From a bacterium (GTDB lineage Bacteria > Patescibacteriota > Minisyncoccia > Phycocordibacterales > JAGLPS01): a stretch of DNA of 64,000 nt. The position numbers were made by a program, and so were the translations under genes. This document shows, piece after piece, positions 36,094 to 45,421 of the stretch. Position 1 is the first letter of the stretch, and every line of letters starts with the position of its first letter. The DNA lies in NCBI GenBank assembly GCA_030690305.1, contig JAUYHB010000020.1, positions 23,535 through 87,534 of the forward strand, in the 5' to 3' direction. Below the pieces are notes generated by a model. The model was not told where the DNA came from. It ran no database searches and worked only from the letters and a program-made list of their open reading frames with translations.

Positions 36094-38262
36094 ATGCAGA
36101 AAAAAGAATATTCGTTTGAGTTCGCAGGCAGGCCTCTCGTTGCCGAGTTTAGCGACCTTGCTGACCAGACAAACGGTTCAGTAATGGTTCGTTATGGAGA
36201 CACTGTTGTTTTGGGTACTGTGGTTATGTCAAAGAACCCAAAACCGGATATCGGCTATTTCCCTTTGACCGTCGATTACGAGGAAAGATTTTACGCGGCA
36301 GGACTTATTCTCGGAAGTCGCTTCGTACGGCGTGAGGGAAGACCGTCGGAAGAAGCAATTTTGAGCGGACGAATTACCGACAGAACCATTCGGCCTCTTT
36401 TCGACAGAAATTTAAGAAACGAGGTTCAGGTTGTCATTACCGTTTTATCGCTTGGTGATTATGACCCCGACGTTCTTGGCGTTATTGCCGCCTCACTTGC
36501 CTTAGGCACTTCGGATGTTCCGTGGGACGGACCGGTAAGCGCCGTGAGAATCGGAAAACTTAAAGGAAAAAACGAATTTGAAACCAATCCGACGTTCGCC
36601 CTCCGACAAAACGATGACTTTGAAACCGACATTCTCGCCTGCGGGAAAGACGGGGTCATCAACATGATTGAGATTGGTGCGAAAGAAACGGGAGAGGAAA
36701 CAGTGCTCCAGGGACTTGAACGTGCAAAAGAAGAAATTGAAAAAATTCAAATTTTTCAAAAGAAAATAATTTCGGAAATAGGAAAAGAAAAACAGGAGAT
36801 AAAAATTGAAACACTTTCTTCCGAAGCCCGCGATTTATTTAAGGAAAAGTTTGCTTCACGCCTGCATGAGTATGTGTTCACCGGAGTGCCGGGAAAGGCA
36901 AGAATCGAGGAATCAAAAAATGAATGGCTTGCGGCCGTTTCTGAAACTCTTCCCGAAGAAAGGACCCTTCTTGCGGGAGAATATTATGAAGAAAAACTTG
37001 ATGAGCTTGTACATGAAGAAGCGATCAAAAAAGGAAATAGGCCCGATGGACGGAAACTCGACGAACTGCGTCCTCTTTATGTCAAAGCGGGAGGTGTGTC
37101 GCCCGTGCTTCATGGTTCCGGAATTTTTTACAGAGGCGGAACCCATATACTTTCCGTAGCCACTCTTGGCGGACCGGGCGATTCGCAACTTATCGATGCC
37201 ATGGAAGAACAACAGACGCAAAAGCGTTTCATGCACCATTATAATTTTCCGCCATTCTCAACAGGTGAAACAGGAAGAATAGGATCGACAAACCGCCGCA
37301 TGATAGGACACGGCGCCCTTGCCGAAAAAGCGCTTGCTGCAGTCATTCCTCCCAAAGAAATATTTCCATATACCGTTCGTGTCGTATCCGAAGCAATGGC
37401 TTCAAACGGTTCAACCTCTATGGGTTCGGTGTGCGGAGGCACGCTTGCCCTTATGGATGCGGGGGTTCCGATTCTCGCTCCCGTCGCAGGTATCGCTATG
37501 GGTCTTATGATGGAATCTCACGACACATATAAAGTTTTGACCGACATCCAGGGACCGGAAGACCACCATGGCGATATGGATTTCAAAATTGCCGGGACCC
37601 GAAACGGCGTAACTGCGGTTCAGCTTGATGTCAAAATCAACGGGATACCGACGGCAATTCTTAAAGAAGCCCTTGAGGGCGCAAGAAAGGCCAGACTTGC
37701 CATTCTTGATGTCATTGAAAAAGAAATTCCTGCTCCACGAACAGAATTGCCCGCAAACGCGCCGAGAATTACGACAATAAAAATTAAAAAGGAACAAATC
37801 GGATTGGTTATCGGCTCGGGAGGAAAAACAATAAACGAAATCAGAGAGAAAACAAAAACGGAAATCGACATTGAAGAAGACGGAACGGTCTTTATTACCG
37901 GAAAGGGAGATGGACCGGGAGAAGCGGCACGAATTATAGGTGAAATGACCCGTGAATATAAAGCGGGAGAAACATTTGAAGGAGAGGTCGTTAAAATTAC
38001 CGACTTCGGGGCCTTCGTTAAAATAGGAGCGAATGCCGAAGGACTTGTCCATGTTTCGGAAATTGCGCCCTTCAGAATCGAAAGAGTGGACAGTGTGCTG
38101 AAGGCTGGAGACAAAGTTCCTGTTATTATAAAGGGGATAGACGAAAAAGAAAGAATAAAACTTTCTATTAAAGACAGGGACCCGAACTTCATTAAAAAAC
38201 CCGAACTTAATCACAATGCCCCCAACAAACCTCCCTACACAGGACACCAACACGGACAATAA
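36094..38262 (+). CDS. pnp: Polyribonucleotide nucleotidyltransferase (PNPase)
   Basis: 722 aa with two RNase PH domains, KH (IGSGGKTINEIRE) and a C-terminal S1 domain. Confidence 0.9.
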   Translation: MQKKEYSFEFAGRPLVAEFSDLADQTNGSVMVRYGDTVVLGTVVMSKNPKPDIGYFPLTVDYEERFYAAGLILGSRFVRREGRPSEEAILSGRITDRTIRPLFDRNLRNEVQVVITVLSLGDYDPDVLGVIAASLALGTSDVPWDGPVSAVRIGKLKGKNEFETNPTFALRQNDDFETDILACGKDGVINMIEIGAKETGEETVLQGLERAKEEIEKIQIFQKKIISEIGKEKQEIKIETLSSEARDLFKEKFASRLHEYVFTGVPGKARIEESKNEWLAAVSETLPEERTLLAGEYYEEKLDELVHEEAIKKGNRPDGRKLDELRPLYVKAGGVSPVLHGSGIFYRGGTHILSVATLGGPGDSQLIDAMEEQQTQKRFMHHYNFPPFSTGETGRIGSTNRRMIGHGALAEKALAAVIPPKEIFPYTVRVVSEAMASNGSTSMGSVCGGTLALMDAGVPILAPVAGIAMGLMMESHDTYKVLTDIQGPEDHHGDMDFKIAGTRNGVTAVQLDVKINGIPTAILKEALEGARKARLAILDVIEKEIPAPRTELPANAPRITTIKIKKEQIGLVIGSGGKTINEIREKTKTEIDIEEDGTVFITGKGDGPGEAARIIGEMTREYKAGETFEGEVVKITDFGAFVKIGANAEGLVHVSEIAPFRIERVDSVLKAGDKVPVIIKGIDEKERIKLSIKDRDPNFIKKPELNHNAPNKPPYTGHQHGQ

Positions 38263-39385
38263 TTCCTTGTCCTTAAATCAAAACGAAAAAAGTACCGTCC
38301 CGGTAATAGACGAGAGCTCACCGCTTACGCAAGAAGTGGCGGGAGAGTTGGCACGGATGGAAGAAAAAGCGGGAGTTCTTGAAAATCTTGGAAACAAAAT
38401 GTCGAAGAATCAGTTCGATGCTTTTGCCAAACAGAGAGAAATCAAACAGTCTACGCAAGCGCCCGTACAAGACAATCGTCCATCGCGTGTACAAGAGCTT
38501 ATACGTAGTAAATATTCCGATTACCCGATCAAGCCGTTGCGTACATATCGCGGCGATGTCGAGGAAGCGATTCAAAATAAAAACGCGTCCGTTACAAGCA
38601 TCGCTATCGCGGAAAAAAAACGAAAGGAAACAAGAGGGGAAAAAACATCTACCCAAAAAAGAGCGGGACCGCAGAACATGCTTATCGTTATTCTCATTCT
38701 TGTCCTTGTGATTGCGGGCGCAGGTTCATTGTTTATTTTTCTGTATGCAAAATACGAACAGAGCAAAGCGGTAATCACCCTCTATAAGCAAACTATTGTT
38801 CCTTCCGATACCGGAACCCAAATAACATTTATACCCGAATCAATTATTCAAAACCGTCTTTCAATACGGGAGAACATTCTTTCCAAGGAAGCGAAAATCG
38901 GGTCGGTTGTTTACTTTGACCTCATAAAGAACATGGGCGGAGAAAAATTGGCGCCGACTTCCGTGCCCGTCAGTGAGTTGGTCTCCGTTATCGCGCCGTC
39001 CATTCCTCCATATCTTGAACGTTCGTTCGAAAAAGATTACATGCTCGGACTTTATGTCCTCTCGGGAAATGAGCCGTTTCTCATAATTAAAACAAATTCG
39101 TATGAAACCGCGTTTTCAGGAATGCTTGCATGGGAGGAAACACTTCTTTCCGACGCTACTTCCGTTTTTTTTGCAAGCGACCAGATGTTCGCCACAACGA
39201 CAGGATCGACAATTTTTGAAGACAAAATTGTAAAAAATAAGGATACGCGCATCGCCAAGAATATAAACGGGGAAACAGTTCTTCTGTATTCCTTTCTTGA
39301 TAAAAAAACGCTGATTATCACCACAAAAGAAAGTGTATTTTCCGAAATTCTCGGGAGATATCTCAATTCAAAACTTGTTCGGTAA
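38216..39385 (+). CDS. Hypothetical membrane protein (start uncertain)
   Basis: Single TM (MLIVILILVLVIAGAGSLFIFLYA) with a polar N-terminal region. The ORF start overlaps the pnp 3' end, so the real start is probably internal. Confidence 0.4.
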   Translation: MPPTNLPTQDTNTDNNSLSLNQNEKSTVPVIDESSPLTQEVAGELARMEEKAGVLENLGNKMSKNQFDAFAKQREIKQSTQAPVQDNRPSRVQELIRSKYSDYPIKPLRTYRGDVEEAIQNKNASVTSIAIAEKKRKETRGEKTSTQKRAGPQNMLIVILILVLVIAGAGSLFIFLYAKYEQSKAVITLYKQTIVPSDTGTQITFIPESIIQNRLSIRENILSKEAKIGSVVYFDLIKNMGGEKLAPTSVPVSELVSVIAPSIPPYLERSFEKDYMLGLYVLSGNEPFLIIKTNSYETAFSGMLAWEETLLSDATSVFFASDQMFATTTGSTIFEDKIVKNKDTRIAKNINGETVLLYSFLDKKTLIITTKESVFSEILGRYLNSKLVR

Positions 39386-39427
39386 CGTTTTCTTTTCTTA
39401 CCGCATTACTTTTGTTATCATAGGGCC

Positions 39428-39793
39428 ATGGAACAAAAAAATATCGAGCTTTTCAAAAAGAAAATTGAGGATGAAATGGCTCTCCTTGAAAAAGAGCTTT
39501 CTTCGGTGGGACGTAAAAATCCCGCAAACCCCAATGACTGGGAGGCGGTGACGGAAGCTTCGGGAATGTCTGCTGTCGCGGACGCCAATGAATCGGCGGA
39601 CACAATTGAAGAATATGAAGAAAATACCGCTATTTTGAAACAGCTGGAAATCAGATACAACGAATTAAAAGGTGCTCTTAAACGCATCAAAGACGGGGCA
39701 TACGGAATGTGCGAGAAGGGTGGTGAACCGATTGAGCAGGAGCGCTTAGAAGCAAATCCCGCCGCGCGCACATGCAAGGCGCACATGGAGTAA
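39428..39793 (+). CDS. DksA/TraR-family protein with degenerate zinc finger
   Basis: Coiled-coil N-terminus. The C-terminal ...CEKGGEPIEQERLEANPAARTCKAH resembles the DksA/TraR C4 finger (RLEA.P.A..C) but has only two Cys. Confidence 0.5.
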   Translation: MEQKNIELFKKKIEDEMALLEKELSSVGRKNPANPNDWEAVTEASGMSAVADANESADTIEEYEENTAILKQLEIRYNELKGALKRIKDGAYGMCEKGGEPIEQERLEANPAARTCKAHME

Positions 39794-39799
39794 GCTTAT

Positions 39800-41350
39800 A
39801 TGTTTGGAAAAGTATATAGCGCCCAGCTTTCCTTTCTTTCCGCTCATATTGTGCACATTGAAGTAGACCTCTCCCGAGGTCTATATTCTTTTTCAATCGT
39901 GGGACTTCCCGATAAGGCGGTTGAGGAGGCGCGCGACAGAATATCGGCGGCAATAAAAAATTCCGGATTTAAATCACCTAAAAACAAAAATCAGAAAGTG
40001 GTTATATCTCTTGCACCCGCCGAACTCAAAAAAGAAGGTTCGTTGTTTGACTTGCCGATGGCTCTTGCTTATCTTCTTGCATCGGAAGATGTTTCTTTCT
40101 CTCCCGAAAAACGTTTGTTTCTGGGTGAATTGTCGCTTGACGGGACGTTACGGAAAATTCAAGGTGCATTACCTCTTGTTGAAAAAGCAAAACGTGAAGG
40201 GTTTACCGAAGTTTTTCTTCCAAAAGATAACGCGAGAGAAGCGGCTTTTGTTCGAAACATAAAAATTTTCGGAGTACGAAATTTGAAAGAGGTTGCCGAA
40301 CATCTCGAAGAAAAAAAAGAAAAACAAAAAAAATTTCTTATCGAGCCGCAAAAAGAAACCGCGATTGTCTTTGAAAATGCACCGCAGAAAATAACTTTCG
40401 GGGATATAAAAGGGCAAGAAGGGGCAAAACGGGGGCTAGAGATTGCAGCCGCGGGAGGGCACAATATTGCGATGTACGGGCCGCCCGGAACAGGAAAGAC
40501 CATGCTTGCAAAAGCATTTTGCGGTATCTTACCACCTCTTTCCCGTGAAGATATTTTTGAGGTAACAAGCATTCATTCGGCTACCGGAATCCTAAAGGAC
40601 GACCTTCTCATACATCCTCCTTTCCGTGCACCACACCACACTTCTTCGTACGTATCCCTCATTGGCGGCGGGACAATTCCGAAACCGGGTGAAGTGACGT
40701 TGGCACATAATGGTGTACTGTTTCTCGACGAATTTCCCGAGTTTGAAAGCAGGGTTATTGATTCTCTGCGAGAACCGCTCGAGGAAAGGGTCGCCCGGGT
40801 GTCACGGGCACGGGGCTCGGTTCAGTTTCCTGCAAAATTTATCCTTATTGCCGCCATGAATCCTTGTCCATGCGGATATTTCGGAGTAAAAGGAAAATCG
40901 TGCGTGTGCAGACCGGCAGATATATTGCGATATAAAAGAAAAATCTCCGGACCGATTATAGACAGAATCGATTTGTGGGTTGAGGTCGCAAACATCGGAC
41001 ATGAGAAACTTATGGAAAAAGGGGAGGGGGTTGATTATGGAGAAACAGCGCGCAAACGGGTATTACATGCGCGAGAAATCCAAGAGAAAAGATTCAAGAG
41101 CCTAAATTTACAATTGAAAACCAACAGCGAGCTTGGGCCACGAAGTATCGTTAATCATATTTCTTTGGACACATCGGTAAAAAAGGTGCTCGATGATGCC
41201 GCCCGTCGGTTTGATTTATCTCCGCGAATGTATCATAGAATCATAAAGGTTGCCCGTACCATCGCCGATCTCGAGCCTTCGGAAAACATAAAAGAGGAAC
41301 ACCTGTTTGAGGCTCTGCAGTACAGACCGAAACAAGAAGAACGAGGGTAA
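39800..41350 (+). CDS. comM: YifB/ComM-family Mg-chelatase-like AAA+ ATPase
   Basis: N-terminal Lon-like domain, Walker A GPPGTGKT, and C-terminal Mg-chelatase-like region. Confidence 0.8.
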   Translation: MFGKVYSAQLSFLSAHIVHIEVDLSRGLYSFSIVGLPDKAVEEARDRISAAIKNSGFKSPKNKNQKVVISLAPAELKKEGSLFDLPMALAYLLASEDVSFSPEKRLFLGELSLDGTLRKIQGALPLVEKAKREGFTEVFLPKDNAREAAFVRNIKIFGVRNLKEVAEHLEEKKEKQKKFLIEPQKETAIVFENAPQKITFGDIKGQEGAKRGLEIAAAGGHNIAMYGPPGTGKTMLAKAFCGILPPLSREDIFEVTSIHSATGILKDDLLIHPPFRAPHHTSSYVSLIGGGTIPKPGEVTLAHNGVLFLDEFPEFESRVIDSLREPLEERVARVSRARGSVQFPAKFILIAAMNPCPCGYFGVKGKSCVCRPADILRYKRKISGPIIDRIDLWVEVANIGHEKLMEKGEGVDYGETARKRVLHAREIQEKRFKSLNLQLKTNSELGPRSIVNHISLDTSVKKVLDDAARRFDLSPRMYHRIIKVARTIADLEPSENIKEEHLFEALQYRPKQEERG

Positions 41351-41411
41351 TTTTGAGTTTATATTTGATTGGGGCTATTATTTGTAGAGCGCTACTTTAA
41401 CCCGAATATTA

Positions 41412-42476
41412 ATGATTAAAAAATATAGGTACCTTATAGTCTTTTCTCTTATGCTTCTTGTCGCTGTAAGTATTTTCTTACTGTGGGACAGGCTGAATCA
41501 AAAATTAAATCCTGAAAAAGAAATCTCGGAAGGAGAAGTGAAGGAAACCGTAGCCGACTCAAATATACCGATTTCCCAAAGAGTAACATTTGAAAAAATT
41601 TCGGAACCATCACGGGCATTTCCCGAAGAAAGCGGCCTTAATGTTCCGGTATTGCCAATTCCTCAGCCAAAAATGGATAAGGTTACGGAAAGCGAGGGGT
41701 TTCTCCCGAAATATGTCACCTTTTTTGAAAATATAAAAAAGGCGGCAGAGGCCGTCCAAGAAGTCGTGGAGAGAAAAGTAAGCACACCAACATCTTCAAG
41801 CCCGGGAGCTTTGTCTTCGACATTTTCCGCGACCTCAACGCAGGAAATCAAATTAACGCTCACGGACGAAGAGTTCAACTATCTGTATCCTTCTTATTTT
41901 TTACAAGATCTTCAGGATAGCCAAAATCTTCTGAAAGAGTACGACCCGAGCTATGAACCGCTTCCGGAAATAAAAAACGATTCACACGTCCGTTTTGTTC
42001 AGGAGAAGATCGTTGTCGCACTGCTCTCCGCAAACATGCTGAACACCGATGAGGCACAGCGGTATATCACGACCATTCGTTTTACACTTCCCCAAATTCA
42101 ATTTTTTGAGCTTGAATTACGAAAGCAAGCTCTCGAAAATCGCTCCTTCGTGCAAAAAATGACTGATTTTCTCATCGCAAATTTTTCAAAAACAAAACAA
42201 GCACCTCAAGGAATCTACCTGGCGGGACTTGCTGACCAACTGAAGAATCTTTTGCTTCCCACGGCACAAGCGGGAGGAGGGGGACCGTGCGGGGAATGCC
42301 ACATATTACCCGTGTGTGTTCAAGAGGGCGTGGCAACCCCTATAGCAGGTACGGAAACCTGGACGGCTTTTTGCCAGTGCACAGGATGTTTGTATGGGAA
42401 CGGGTGTCTTGATAGATGTTTCCCCTCAGCTGCTATTTGGGATCCGACGACCGGAATTTGCGGGTGCGGAATATAG
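41412..42476 (+). CDS. Hypothetical signal-anchored protein with cysteine-rich C-terminal domain
   Basis: N-terminal TM. The last 65 aa contain 10 Cys (GPCGECHILPVCVQEG...CQCTGCLYGNGCLDRC...GICGCGI). Confidence 0.45.
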   Translation: MIKKYRYLIVFSLMLLVAVSIFLLWDRLNQKLNPEKEISEGEVKETVADSNIPISQRVTFEKISEPSRAFPEESGLNVPVLPIPQPKMDKVTESEGFLPKYVTFFENIKKAAEAVQEVVERKVSTPTSSSPGALSSTFSATSTQEIKLTLTDEEFNYLYPSYFLQDLQDSQNLLKEYDPSYEPLPEIKNDSHVRFVQEKIVVALLSANMLNTDEAQRYITTIRFTLPQIQFFELELRKQALENRSFVQKMTDFLIANFSKTKQAPQGIYLAGLADQLKNLLLPTAQAGGGGPCGECHILPVCVQEGVATPIAGTETWTAFCQCTGCLYGNGCLDRCFPSAAIWDPTTGICGCGI

Positions 42477-43983
42477 AAAAAACAAGCACTGATAATGAAA
42501 TGATAACGGGCCAGTCTCCAAAACGGGTATAGGGGGTTTTGGTCTCTGAAGGACTTACTTGAACAAAAAGAATCTGGTCTTCAAAAGATGACGATTCTTT
42601 TATCACATCCCCCCTTGAGTCAATAAAAAACGATTGGCCGCCGTTTGACGCCTGAAGAAACGGGCGGGCGGTTGAAACCGCCTGGAAACGGGCCATTGTT
42701 TTTATTTGACGAAGAAAAAAAGGTTCGTTGCGAAATACTATCTGGCTTGCCGAGTTAACAAGGATTTCCGCTCCTTTATTGGCAAGGGAACGATACAGTG
42801 AAGGGGACACTATCCCCGAGCACATGAGCGCACCGATTTTTGTATCCCCAAACGGCACCGGCATTTCAAGAACGTCTCCCGGAATTCGTGTTCTTGAAGA
42901 ACTGAAGCGTTCAAGCAATGTCTTGTCCTGAAAATACAAAAAGGCTTTAAGAATCACAGGGAGATATTCTCCCCCGGGAATGAGAAATGTTTTGTCTTGT
43001 ACAGAGAGAATTTCATTATTTTGGGTTCGATATATCATTCGCTCCTTCGTGCCGGATTCATATGAAACGACACTGCTCGTGATAATAAGGCCGTCAGTAT
43101 CTTTTTTAGAGAAAATGTTTTCAAGCAAAGTCTTGTTGGAGTCATCGGAAAACAGAGTACCCCCTTCCGGAAAAATTACTACGTCAGGCTGTTGGAACCC
43201 TTTTTCTTTGGTAATCGCCTTTTCCCATAGTGAACTGAAGTCGTCCTGACTCAAGGACCCTAGTAGTTTTTCTGTGTGAACAAGGGCTATATTAAGAGGT
43301 TTTTCTTGGGGTCCTTCCTGGAAAAACAAATTGGGGGCATAAAATAAAAAGAGAAGAAAGAGCGTGACGGGAAAAATAAGGCGAAACTCTTTTTTAAAAA
43401 TGCGGAAAAGAAAGAAGTTTATGCATACAACAAGAAAACTTAACCCGTATAAACCTACAAGGCGAGACCAAAAAACAATCGGGGTATCAATGAAAACATA
43501 CCCAAGGTCCCCAAATGTCCAGTGAGGTCCGAGTGTTGCGCCTGGTCCCCATGCAAATACGCCGAAAAGCACGGCTCGGAAATATTCGGAGAGTATCCAT
43601 AGAGACGGAAGGGTGATGAATGGAAATATTTTTAAAAACTTCAAAGAAAGCAGACCGAATAATCCGAAGGGGAGACTGACAAAAAGAGAGGTCCCGAGCC
43701 AGGCTATCGCAAATAAAGGCGCGGCTGACAGGGTGTTATGCACACCCGCCCAGCCTCCCGGGAAAGAATACAAGATAAAACGAAACGTAAGGGAGAAGAA
43801 AACAAAACCCAAAAGCCAACCCCCAAGAAACACCTCCCTTCGTGTGTTTTTGTTTTGATTTCCCGTTATTTCAAGAAAAACAAAAAAGGGAATCTGGGCA
43901 AGGAGCACTACCCACCAGAAATAAGGTCTTTCAAGTGAAAGAGAGAGAAGAAGCCCGGAGAGAAGAGGTAAAAACCATTTCAT
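42433..43983 (-). CDS. lnt: Apolipoprotein N-acyltransferase-like protein (Lnt; polytopic N-terminus + CN-hydrolase domain)
   Basis: Multiple N-terminal TM helices followed by a carbon-nitrogen hydrolase-like domain (VVIFPEGG ... GALMCSG). Confidence 0.55.
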   Translation of the reverse strand: MKWFLPLLSGLLLSLSLERPYFWWVVLLAQIPFFVFLEITGNQNKNTRREVFLGGWLLGFVFFSLTFRFILYSFPGGWAGVHNTLSAAPLFAIAWLGTSLFVSLPFGLFGLLSLKFLKIFPFITLPSLWILSEYFRAVLFGVFAWGPGATLGPHWTFGDLGYVFIDTPIVFWSRLVGLYGLSFLVVCINFFLFRIFKKEFRLIFPVTLFLLFLFYAPNLFFQEGPQEKPLNIALVHTEKLLGSLSQDDFSSLWEKAITKEKGFQQPDVVIFPEGGTLFSDDSNKTLLENIFSKKDTDGLIITSSVVSYESGTKERMIYRTQNNEILSVQDKTFLIPGGEYLPVILKAFLYFQDKTLLERFSSSRTRIPGDVLEMPVPFGDTKIGALMCSGIVSPSLYRSLANKGAEILVNSASQIVFRNEPFFLRQIKTMARFQAVSTARPFLQASNGGQSFFIDSRGDVIKESSSFEDQILFVQVSPSETKTPYTRFGDWPVIISLSVLVFSIFRTRKFRSSDPK

Positions 43984-44018
43984 TTATAAAATTGTACATT
44001 AATTTAGGAAGTTACATA

Positions 44019-44046
44019 CAAAAACCGCCTCAGGGCGGTTTTTGTA
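44019..44046 (-). terminator. Bidirectional terminator-like hairpin downstream of the M23 peptidase gene
   Basis: aaccgcc-tca-gggcggtt hairpin flanked by an A-run and a T-run. Confidence 0.55.
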
Positions 44047-44157
44047 TTCGGAATACTATCTAGATTGTAAAGTTATTGCTTGGCGCAGCGAATGAGGTGA
44101 GGAAGTTCTTATATTATCTCCTACGAGCCGGTGACTGCAACAAAAGAACACCTTTTA

Positions 44158-45105
44158 TTAAAACGGATTTCGGGCGCCACGAACTTCAAAATGAAGGTGA
44201 CTTCCTGTTGAACGGCCGGTTGAACCAACATACCCGATAACTTCTCCCTGGGAAACGACTTGTCCTACCCTGGCAAGGACTCTGCTCATGTGGGCATACA
44301 AGGTCTGAGTACCGTTGTCATGCGCAATAACAACGTAATCTCCATACCCTCCGTTCCATCCGGAATCCCTGCTGATAATCACTACACCCGACGCGGAAGC
44401 AAAAACGGGAGTGCCCGACGGTGCCGCAATATCAATTCCGTTGTACCCGTGGAGTCCTTGACTACGAACACCTTGAACCGGGCGCATATAGTACCCTTCA
44501 TAATGAGGGTATGTTGTCCCTTTAACGCTTGAGCTTGTTATTGTAGCTGTCTGAGGTGCCTCTCCGTCAGGAATAATGACAACACTTCCCACTGCGAGGG
44601 AGGCGTTTGCGGAAATATTGTTATATTGGACTATTTCATCAAGGTCTCCTTTGTAGGTTTTGGCAATTTTGGCAAGAGTGTCGCCACTTTTTACCGTGTG
44701 TCGAATACCGGAAACCGGCAGAATCACCAGGGTTTGGCCTGGTTTGATGGTTGAACCACGTAGATTGTTGCCCCAGACGATAGTGTTGACCGATACGTTA
44801 AACATTTTTGCGATTTGCGACAGGGAGTCTCCTTCGTGAACAACATAGAGGCTGATTTGGTCACTTGAGGGGCGAACTTTCCCATATTCATCTCCACTTG
44901 GTCCAGTCTCAGGCAATAAAGCTGAGTCGTCAACAATAACAAGGTCGCCACCACCGCTTGCCGGGTTGAATGTGGGGTTGAGAACCCCTTGGAGTAAGGC
45001 TATATTTTGGGAATTAGCCTCGCGCTCATTAACAAAAGTAACGCGATTTATAAAATCAGAAAAAAGGGAAAGGAAGCCGGCGTGAAGACCGTTCGGAAAA
45101 AACAT
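44158..45105 (-). CDS. LysM-domain peptidase M23 (cell-wall endopeptidase)
   Basis: Two LysM repeats (YVVHEGDSLSQIAKMF..., HTVKSGDTLAKIAKTY...) and M23 motifs (GIDIAAPSGTPV, HLHFEV). Confidence 0.8.
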   Translation of the reverse strand: MFFPNGLHAGFLSLFSDFINRVTFVNEREANSQNIALLQGVLNPTFNPASGGGDLVIVDDSALLPETGPSGDEYGKVRPSSDQISLYVVHEGDSLSQIAKMFNVSVNTIVWGNNLRGSTIKPGQTLVILPVSGIRHTVKSGDTLAKIAKTYKGDLDEIVQYNNISANASLAVGSVVIIPDGEAPQTATITSSSVKGTTYPHYEGYYMRPVQGVRSQGLHGYNGIDIAAPSGTPVFASASGVVIISRDSGWNGGYGDYVVIAHDNGTQTLYAHMSRVLARVGQVVSQGEVIGYVGSTGRSTGSHLHFEVRGARNPF

Positions 45106-45421
45106 TATCGCAAGTAAAACAAAGACAACAGGATTCTTGAAAAGCCCGAAAAAAAGTGATTTTGTCGCCTGGTTTCTAGCTAAAGATTGGTTGCTAGGAA
45201 AGCCAGGGTCCTGGAAAGTGGGTAAAATAAGCCCTATTTTAATGATAACTCATCCTTCTCAGAAATAAATGGCTCAACTGAGCCATTTTTGGAAAAATCA
45301 GTATATTGCTGTATATTTGTGGATTATAGTCTCTGAGAACCAAAAGTCAACAAAGGAAACCCGCCGGTGTTGATAACAAAATTATGGTTTTAGGAAGTGT
45401 TTTTGAGAGATTTACAGAAAA

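Noticed and set aside
37411-38259. 282 aa minus-strand ORF
   Set aside because: Antisense to the well-supported pnp gene, with a Phe/Asn/Ser-rich artefactual composition.
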